64,000 bases of DNA from Dehalococcoidia bacterium (lineage in GTDB: Bacteria; Chloroflexota; Dehalococcoidia; Bin125). This document shows, in pieces, positions 56,201 through 61,987 of the stretch (the first letter of the stretch is position 1; every line of letters begins with the position of its first letter). Position numbers and translations under genes: made by a program. The notes under the pieces are model-generated. The model saw nothing but the letters and a program-made list of their open reading frames with translations. It ran no database searches and was not told the DNA's origin. The stretch lies in the NCBI GenBank assembly GCA_965205165.1, contig OZ242037.1, forward strand, positions 339,294 through 403,293. Reading direction: 5' to 3'.

Positions 56201-56980
56201 TGCCCGTGCAGCCCGTCAGCGCCGTGTTCCCGGCCGCGTCCGAGGAGATCTTCGACCCCGTGATCTCGTTCGCCCCCGCCGCGTCGCTGGCGATGATGAT
56301 CTTCACGTTGGTCACCGCCGAACGCGCCACGTCGACGTCGCCCGAGTCGTACGTGTCATCGTGCCAGTCCTGCCGCAGGTGCACCGTCGCCTGCTGCGTC
56401 CTGCCCGCGCTGAGGTAGTTGCGCGCGCCCGCCGCCAGGTCCGTCCCCTCCGCGGTGCCCGCCGGCACCACCAGCGGATAGGCCGCGTAGTGCGGGTCGT
56501 AGCGGATCGAGCGCACCCGGTCGCCCTCGCCCGACTTCTTCACCCGCACCACCAGCCAGACCGGGCCCGAATGCCGGTCCGGCACCGTGAAGTAGACGTC
56601 CTGCAGCAGCGTCCGCAGCGGCGTCCCGCTGTCCTGCGGCCAGTTCGCGCTCGTGATGTTGCAGACCGGCCCCTGCGCGGTCTCCGTGCACGCGCCCAGC
56701 ACGCTGCTGCCCCCGCTCGAACCCGTGAAGACCGGCCCGCTCGCCGATACCTTCCCGTCCTCCTCCGTCGCCAGCCGCAGCTCCACGCTGTCGAAGTCGC
56801 CGCGCTGCACGTTCACCCCGCCGGAGGCGTAGGTGTTGCTGGTCTCCGCGTTGCGCAGGTACACCTCGACCTCGTTGACCGCCCCGCCCGCCTGCCAGTT
56901 GCGCGCGTTGGTCTTGACGTTGCCCGTCTCCCGCGTCCCGCCCGGATCCGGCACCGGCAGCGGCCAGATGCGCAGGTACG
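50060..56980 (-). repeat. three tandem copies of a ~2.3-kb, five-module coding super-repeat inside the giant gene (coordinates approximate)
   Basis: The landmark peptide (Y/F)LR(I/V)WPL.VP recurs at 56949..56978, 54627..54656 and 52323..52352. The landmark PL(I/L)VPQP(T/A) recurs at about 55540, 53200 and 50920. Module order A-B-C-D-E is the same in each copy. Some stretches are about 90 percent identical at DNA level by eye (e.g. 53010..53090 vs 50710..50790). Confidence 0.8.
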
Positions 56981-59900
56981 ACTTGTACCTCAGCGCAAAG
57001 TTGCGGCCCAGAATCTGGCGCCCGGCGGCTTGCCTGAAGGCGTTGACGTACAAGTAGACGTCGCCGGTGGTGGCGGCCGGCACGCTGAACCAGATGTCGA
57101 GCTCTTCGGTCCGCGCCGGGCTGGCGCCGTCCTGCGGCCAGTTGGCCGCGAGGATGTTGCAGAGGTTGCCGGGCGTGGCGCCTTGGGTGCAGCCGGAGAC
57201 GGCCGTGTTGCCGCTGGCCGCCCCGTAGATCACCCCGCCGCTGAGACCGGGGTAGGTGACGGCGCCGAAGCTCTCGCTCCTGGTCGACACCGATATATTG
57301 ATCCGGGTGAACTCGCTCCGCTGCGCGTTGATGTCGGCCTCATCCCATTCATTCCCGTGCCAGAGATCGCGCAGGGCGATCCGCACCCGCTGCCGCTCCG
57401 CCCCCGAGCGGTAGGCGCGGATGTTCGTGCTGATGTCCCCGCTCTCCGGCACGCCGCCGGGCGCGGGCGCGACCAGCGGATGCACGTCGATGTAGCGCGG
57501 CTCGTATTCGAACGAGAACGTGCGCGAGGCCTTGCCCGACTGCATCGCCGTGGCCACCAGGTAGTACGACCCCGTCACGGTGATCGGCACCGTCACGCTC
57601 AGGTTCACCTCCGTCGTCGTGCCGCTGCTCTCCGGCCAGTTCGCCGACGTGATCGTGCAGGTCGGCCCCGCCGACGCCTCGCTGCAGATCGAGGTCCCGC
57701 CCACGGTCGTGGCGCCGGTCAACTCCAGGCCCGCGAACTCGTGGTCGCCGGACGGGTCCGTCGACAGCCGGATCCTGACCGAGTCGAACGCGCTGCTGGC
57801 CGCGTTGGCCGCGGTCGGAACGTAGATGTTGTTGTGCGCGGCCGCGCGCAGGAAGAGCTTGGTCCTGGTGGCTAAGCCGTCGCCGTTCCATTGCAGGCTG
57901 ATCGCGGAAATGTCCTGATTGTTGTATCCGCTGTAGATCCCGCCGTCGTTGCGCGTGGCCGGCACCAGCAGCGGCACCGCCCCGATCTGCGCGTCGCTGT
58001 ACGACAGCGCGAAGCGCCGCATCGCCTCGCCCGACTTGCGCGCCGTCAGCACCACGTAGGTGTCCCCCGAATGGCCCGACGGCACCGAGAAATACAAGTC
58101 CAGCGCCGTCGTCGTCCCGCTCGAAGCCGGCCAGTCCGCCGCCGTGATCGTGCACGTGTTCGGCGTCCCCGTGCAGCCCGCGATCGCCGTGTTCCCCCCC
58201 GCATCCGACGACAGCTCCGCCCCCGTGATCAGCGACGCCCCGGCCGTGTCCGAGGCCACCGCGATCGTGACCGAATCGAACTGCGCCGACGCCGTGTTCG
58301 CCGCGCTCGCCGTATAGGCGCCCCCGTGCGCCGCCGCCCGCAAATTGACCTGCACCTGCTGCGTCCCGCCCGACCCCGCGAACGTCCGCGAACGCGCCGT
58401 CACCAGCGTCCCGTCCGACGTCCCCGACGGCATCGCCAGCGGATGCGCGTCCACCGTGTCCGCGTACGCCAGCGCGAACGTGCTGCTGCGCCTGCTCGGC
58501 TGCGAGGTCGTCACGTGCAGGTAGGCCGGCCCGCTGTGCGAGGCCGGCACCGAAAACCACAAATCCAGCCGATCCGCCGTCGTCGTGCCCGGCCAGTTCG
58601 CCCGCGTGATCGCGCAGCCCGCGCTCGGCTCGACCCCGCAGCCCGTCAGCGGCGTGGTCCCCGCCGAATCCGACGAAATCTTCGCCCCAGAAATCGTGTC
58701 CGCCCCCGCCGCGTCGCTCGTGATCCTGATCACCGCCCGTTGGATGTCCGTCTTGGCCGCGTTCGCGTGCGTCGAGACGTAGGCGTCCCCGTGCCCCCCC
58801 GCGCGGATGAACACCGCCGCCTGCTGCGCCGCACCGCCCTCCGCGTAGGCAACCAGCCCCCGCACCGTCCCCGCCGCCACCGTCCCCCCAGGCGCCCGCG
58901 CCGCCAGCGGGTAGCCCGCCGCCAGCGGCGCCTCGTACTTCAGCGCGTACGTCCGCGGCTGGTACCCGTCCTTCTCCGCCTTCACCGTCAGATAAGCCGG
59001 CCCCCTGTGCGAATCCGGCACGCTGATGTACAGCGCCAGATTAATGGTTTCTTGGCTGTTGCCTGCCACCGGCCAAGAGTCGCTGTTCACCGTGCAGGTA
59101 TGGCCCACGCTGCAGGCCGTGAGCGGCGGAGACGTCTGGGCCGCGTCGCTCGAGAGCTTCGCCCCCGCTATCGGGTTCTCCCCGGCCGCGTCGCTGCTGA
59201 TCCTGACCCGCACCCGGCTGAGGTCGCTGCGCTCCGCCCGCCCGGCGAAGAAGTTGTAGATGGTCCTCGCCTCATCGTAGAGCAGGGCATCGCCCCGCAG
59301 CACGCCCGCGTTCGGCTTCCAGCGGAACGTCATGCTGGAAGGATCGCCGGAAACGAAGGCATTGCTGTCGTCCCGCGGCACGAAGAACGGATGCGCCGGC
59401 ACGTCGGGCGACCAGTGCAGCTCGGAACCGCGCCCGCGCCGGGGCGGGTTCCCCGTCTTGACGGTGCTCACGGAGACGTAGACCGGCCCGCTGTAGTTGA
59501 AGGTACCGCCAAACGCTTCGATCCAAACATTGAGCTTGCCCGTGACGGGGTCCGCACCCGACCCGGCCGGCCAACTGGAGCTGGGTATGCTGCAGGTGTC
59601 GCCCGCCTGGCTCTCGGAGCAAACGCTCAGCCTCCCTCCGTTCGCATCCGTGATCCGCGCGCCGCCGATCTCCTCGCTGTCCTCGTTCAGTATCTGGATC
59701 GTCGCCCGGTCGAACACGCTCCGCCTCACGTTGGCGTGCGAGAGGTTGAAGCGGCCGTCGTGCGCGACGTTGCGCAGCCAGATGGCCACGCGCTGCCGCG
59801 CCCCGGTCCACGGGGCCAGCGGCTCCGCCGTGCTGCTCACGGTAATGACGCCCGCATCACTCTCCGGCAGCATCAGTGCCCAGAGAGCGATGGCCCCCGC

Positions 59901-60434
59901 CTCGCCGAAACTGAAGGAGAACCGATCCCAGACGACGGTGTCCTCGCCCGCTTCATTGTAGCGCACTTCCATGTAGAGATAAACGGATCCGCTATGGTTG
60001 CCCGGGATGCTGAATGAGAGCTCGGCGTTGTCCATTCGATTGCGATTTGTGGGCCAATCGCCGTCGAGCGCCTTGGTGCGGATGTTGTGCGTGCCGCTGG
60101 TGCGGCGGCCCGAGAAGCTGCTCGGCAGCGTGATGTGCGCGCCGCTGATCAGCGATCCGCCGCCGCCGGTCGCGGTCCGCAGCGAGATGCGCCAGTCCCC
60201 CCCGTAAGAAGCCCCTTCGTCGGTCGTCAGCGCGGTGCCGGGCGTACAGGCGGTGTCGTGCCATCTTGCAAAGCGCACGGTGATCGTCTTCGCTTCCGTT
60301 TTCGAGTATCCGCCGGCGGCGAGCTCGGTAGAGCCCCGCGTGTCGCAGATGCCGGCGCCCCCGATCGAGGCGGACCAGCGGCCCGTATAGGTCAAATCCG
60401 ACTGCGCCTCAACCAGCCCCGGCGCAAGCGCCAA
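53217..60434 (-). CDS. giant repetitive secreted/cell-surface protein, N-terminal/central 2,405 codons
   Basis: 2405-aa ORF (TTG start as called in the track). It holds about 16 consecutive ~150-aa modules ending in ...AY(L/V)xV....R.FALKY..P. It ends at a TGA that interrupts a module exactly where paralogous modules read A-W/Y-P-L-(I/L)-V-P-Q-P. Confidence 0.85.
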   Translation of the reverse strand: MALAPGLVEAQSDLTYTGRWSASIGGAGICDTRGSTELAAGGYSKTEAKTITVRFARWHDTACTPGTALTTDEGASYGGDWRISLRTATGGGGSLISGAHITLPSSFSGRRTSGTHNIRTKALDGDWPTNRNRMDNAELSFSIPGNHSGSVYLYMEVRYNEAGEDTVVWDRFSFSFGEAGAIALWALMLPESDAGVITVSSTAEPLAPWTGARQRVAIWLRNVAHDGRFNLSHANVRRSVFDRATIQILNEDSEEIGGARITDANGGRLSVCSESQAGDTCSIPSSSWPAGSGADPVTGKLNVWIEAFGGTFNYSGPVYVSVSTVKTGNPPRRGRGSELHWSPDVPAHPFFVPRDDSNAFVSGDPSSMTFRWKPNAGVLRGDALLYDEARTIYNFFAGRAERSDLSRVRVRISSDAAGENPIAGAKLSSDAAQTSPPLTACSVGHTCTVNSDSWPVAGNSQETINLALYISVPDSHRGPAYLTVKAEKDGYQPRTYALKYEAPLAAGYPLAARAPGGTVAAGTVRGLVAYAEGGAAQQAAVFIRAGGHGDAYVSTHANAAKTDIQRAVIRITSDAAGADTISGAKISSDSAGTTPLTGCGVEPSAGCAITRANWPGTTTADRLDLWFSVPASHSGPAYLHVTTSQPSRRSSTFALAYADTVDAHPLAMPSGTSDGTLVTARSRTFAGSGGTQQVQVNLRAAAHGGAYTASAANTASAQFDSVTIAVASDTAGASLITGAELSSDAGGNTAIAGCTGTPNTCTITAADWPASSGTTTALDLYFSVPSGHSGDTYVVLTARKSGEAMRRFALSYSDAQIGAVPLLVPATRNDGGIYSGYNNQDISAISLQWNGDGLATRTKLFLRAAAHNNIYVPTAANAASSAFDSVRIRLSTDPSGDHEFAGLELTGATTVGGTSICSEASAGPTCTITSANWPESSGTTTEVNLSVTVPITVTGSYYLVATAMQSGKASRTFSFEYEPRYIDVHPLVAPAPGGVPESGDISTNIRAYRSGAERQRVRIALRDLWHGNEWDEADINAQRSEFTRINISVSTRSESFGAVTYPGLSGGVIYGAASGNTAVSGCTQGATPGNLCNILAANWPQDGASPARTEELDIWFSVPAATTGDVYLYVNAFRQAAGRQILGRNFALRYKSYLRIWPLPVPDPGGTRETGNVKTNARNWQAGGAVNEVEVYLRNAETSNTYASGGVNVQRGDFDSVELRLATEEDGKVSASGPVFTGSSGGSSVLGACTETAQGPVCNITSANWPQDSGTPLRTLLQDVYFTVPDRHSGPVWLVVRVKKSGEGDRVRSIRYDPHYAAYPLVVPAGTAEGTDLAAGARNYLSAGRTQQATVHLRQDWHDDTYDSGDVDVARSAVTNVKIIIASDAAGANEITGSKISSDAAGNTALTGCTGTGGDCTITSANWPASGGRDFYFSVPNATTGNVYVVVTVTATGKSQRVVSLEYLPPLPIYPLAVPRPTSTTYESGDLSLRTGSYPTDGSRRQVSVFLRDAWHSNTYTSGAANEPVANFSQVTIRLATSADGGTGIAGAAISNSSGARLTQCAAAGHTCVVTSANWPQSGGTSGEFGLYVAVPTSHRTDAYLVVTVRNADGDRQRFALKYPTPYVEAYPLIVPQPATGLETGVLADQSRYWFALAAISTTQGNLTGMNTARIFLRDRPRSQYVAAHANAAVADFDSTTLRITSDAAGQTLLAGAAFTDSTGQALACLNECTNNTPSADATAYFKIPDAHTAAAYVHYSAAKSGKTGTTYTLKYDPPPHSASYPSFLALNADGSIAGVRTGGEYSDGAADRVRFRLRSGPSSNLKALTSEFLLVTLTVASDTSGTAIAGARLSSNPAGTGVIPNCASRAVGNVCVIGAGVWPDTDGRADDLDFYVTVPDSHTGDAYIHVYIIATAGKRDHTATLKYDSFLRVWPLAVPFDGLIRETGNLKDQSRNWLSAGMVNHAEVELRDAAHSDTYTAAHTNVARSDFDSVTLRLATEEDGATSASGPVFARSGDAGQMLEICSESTQGPVCTIPSSAWPQNSDTPPLTEDLDVYFAVPGQDQGPIWLVVTVKKSGNEDRVWSVKYDAPYSVYPLVVPSGTSDGTNLGAAVRAFAAVGGSQQVNVRLRDGPHGGVYDADATDAAAADITDVTIKITSDAAGATPVPNAVISSDGDATPTAVSACTETSASHTCTVTSANWPATGGLDLYFSVPGTTSGPVYVVVEADPSATGKLNRIFALKYDPPLPVFPLVVPRNSSDVLETGDLSARTGAYAASAARQKATVFLRESWHSHMYASGATNADSSEFNSVTIRIATGSDGMTAVSGALISNASGGRLTQCAATGATCVISSWPSTAGKADALDMWFSLPAAYQEDAYVHVTVRNAQNEVQTYAVKYQSPYIRACR

Positions 60435-60499
60435 CCACCCCCCGCCAGCAGCACCGCCGCCAAGCCCCCCAGCAGCCCCCGCCCCCAGACCCGCCTCAT
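60392..60499 (-). CDS. signal-peptide-like short ORF; probable true 5' end of the giant gene, displaced by a 1-nt frame shift
   Basis: ATG at 60499 lies 7 nt downstream of GGAGG. It encodes MRRVWGRGLLGGLAAVLLAGGGW..., with a basic n-region and a hydrophobic h-region. The giant ORF frame continues ...WLALAPGLVEA/QS, an AxA-type cleavage context. The two frames meet in a G6 run (60438..60443). Confidence 0.6.
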   Translation of the reverse strand: MRRVWGRGLLGGLAAVLLAGGGWRLRRGWLRRSRI

Positions 60500-60531
60500 C
60501 TCACCCCCTCCCCTCACCACAGCAAACACTA

Positions 60532-60556
60532 CCCCCCCCCCCCCCGTCTCTCTCTC
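60532..60556 (-). repeat. homopolymer C14 (G14 on the coding strand) immediately followed by (TC)5 ((GA)5 on the coding strand)
   Basis: Read directly: a, then 14 C (60532..60545), g, then tctctctctc (60547..60556). It lies 33-58 nt upstream of the ATG at 60499 of the giant gene. Confidence 0.95.
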
Positions 60557-60596
60557 CCACCCAACCCAAAGCACGAAACCAGCCGCCCCAGCCCCT

Positions 60597-61307
60597 TCAT
60601 CCGAGCACCCCCGTCGCCATCAGGCCGATCAAAACGCCGAACAGCCCGATCATCAACGTAGCCAGCCTCAACTCCGACCGCGCAACCGCCCCCTTCAACT
60701 CCGCCCGCAACGCCTTCTCCAACCCATCGATCTTCGTCTTGAGCCCCTCGATCTCCCCCTTGAGCCCGACAATCTCGCCTTTGAGCTCCCCCTTGACCCC
60801 ATCAATCCGCCCCCCAAGATCGCCCTTGACACCATCAATCTGCCCGCCAAGCTCGCCCTTGAGTCCCTCGACCTCGCCCTTGACACCATCAATCCGCCCC
60901 CCAAGATCGCCCTTGACACCATCAATCCGCCCGCCAAGCTCGCCCTTGAGTCCCTCGACCTCGCCCCTGACCTCCGTAAGCTCGCCCTTGACCTCCGTTT
61001 CGAGCCCGTTGATCCGATCCCAGAGCTGGGTGAAGCGGCGCTCGAACATCGTCGTCAGGTCGCTCGCCGTCCCGCGGATCGTCGACATCAGCGAGTTGAA
61101 CTGCCCTTCGGTCTTCCCCACATGCCCGTTCAGCCGCTCGGCCAGCACCTGATCCGAAGTCTTGACCTGCTCCCCCGTCCTCGCGATCGCCTCCGCCACC
61201 GCGTCGTCCCGCGCCTCCCCGACCAGCGCCAGCACCGCGTCCGCCAAGCCCTCGTCGCACCCCTGCGCGAGAAGCCGCTTCCGATACTCGCCCGTCTCCA
61301 CAGCCAT
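60597..61307 (-). CDS. tail-anchored coiled-coil protein with 11-residue repeats (DUF1640/CCDC90-like by resemblance), paralog 1
   Basis: 236 aa: MAVETGEYRKRLLAQGCDEGLADAVLAL..., then repeats GRIDGVKGDLG/GEVEGLKGELG, then a C-terminal TM helix LATLMIGLFGVLIGLMATGVLG. Confidence 0.75.
   Translation of the reverse strand: MAVETGEYRKRLLAQGCDEGLADAVLALVGEARDDAVAEAIARTGEQVKTSDQVLAERLNGHVGKTEGQFNSLMSTIRGTASDLTTMFERRFTQLWDRINGLETEVKGELTEVRGEVEGLKGELGGRIDGVKGDLGGRIDGVKGEVEGLKGELGGQIDGVKGDLGGRIDGVKGELKGEIVGLKGEIEGLKTKIDGLEKALRAELKGAVARSELRLATLMIGLFGVLIGLMATGVLG
60792..60965 (-). repeat. 87-bp tandem duplication (33+33+21 nt sub-units) inside coiled-coil paralog 1
   Basis: 60792..60878 and 60879..60965 differ at 2 positions by eye. 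The sub-unit is cttgac(a/c)ccatcaatc(c/t)gccc... It encodes GELGG(R/Q)IDGVKGDLGGRIDGVKGE(V/L). Confidence 0.85.
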
Positions 61308-61310
61308 GCC
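61022..61310 (-). repeat. 289-bp direct repeat, copy 1 (5' half of coiled-coil paralog 1)
   Basis: Aligned by hand to 61676..61964 at a constant offset of 654 nt. I count 4 mismatches in 289 nt. Confidence 0.9.
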
Positions 61311-61328
61311 GGCAATCCTACCAGCCCG

Positions 61329-61961
61329 CTACCCGAACACGCCAGCCGCCGCCAGCCCCGTCAGAACGCCGGCCACCCCGATGATCAGCATCCCCAGCCC
61401 GAATGCCGCCCGATGGATCGCCGCCAGTATCTGCGCCTGCCTCGCCTCATTCTCCGCCTTCTGAGCCTTGAGCTCCCCCCGCAACTCCGCGAGCTCCCCC
61501 CGCAACTCCGCGAGCTCGTCCTTGACCGCATCAATCCGCCCGCCGAGCTCGTCCTTGACCGCATCAATCCGCCCATTGAGCTCGTCTTTGACACCTTCAA
61601 TCCGCCCGCCAAGCTCGTCCTTGACCTCCGCGATCTCGCCTTTGACGTCCACTTCAAGCTTGCTGATCCGCTCCGAGAGCTGGGTGAAGCGGCGCTCGAA
61701 CATCGTCGTCAGGTCGCTCGCCGTCCCGCGGATCGTCGACATCAGCGAGTTGAACTGCCCCTCGGTCTTCCCCACATGCCCGTTCAGCCGCTCGCCCAGC
61801 ACCTGATCCGAAGTCTTGACCTGCTCCCCCGTCCTCGCGATCGCCTCCGCCACCGCGTCGTCCCGCGCCTCCCCGACCAGCGCCAGCACCGCGTCCGCCA
61901 AACCCTCGTCGCACCCCTGCGCGAGAAGCCGTTTCCGATACTCGCCCGTCTCCACAGCCAT
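61329..61961 (-). CDS. tail-anchored coiled-coil protein, paralog 2
   Basis: ATG at 61961 chosen by homology to paralog 1 (an ATG at 61970 is also possible). The N-terminal ~96 aa are nearly identical to paralog 1. Different repeats follow (GRIEGVKDELN, ELAELRGELAELRGEL), then a C-terminal TM helix FGLGMLIIGVAGVLTGLAAAGVFG. The track ORF 61329..63134 over-extends. Confidence 0.75.
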   Translation of the reverse strand: MAVETGEYRKRLLAQGCDEGLADAVLALVGEARDDAVAEAIARTGEQVKTSDQVLGERLNGHVGKTEGQFNSLMSTIRGTASDLTTMFERRFTQLSERISKLEVDVKGEIAEVKDELGGRIEGVKDELNGRIDAVKDELGGRIDAVKDELAELRGELAELRGELKAQKAENEARQAQILAAIHRAAFGLGMLIIGVAGVLTGLAAAGVFG

Positions 61962-61964
61962 GCC
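61676..61964 (-). repeat. 289-bp direct repeat, copy 2 (5' half of coiled-coil paralog 2)
   Basis: See copy 1. The similarity ends abruptly where the 11-residue repeat region starts. Confidence 0.9.
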
Positions 61965-61987
61965 CGTCATCTTAGCACTTGGCGGGG

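Noticed and set aside
60740-61620. CRISPR-like or non-coding tandem repeats (33-nt periodicity)
   Set aside because: The periodic units lie inside two ORFs and encode 11-residue coiled-coil repeats (GRIDGVKGDLG and similar). There is no spacer-repeat alternation, and no cas genes are present.
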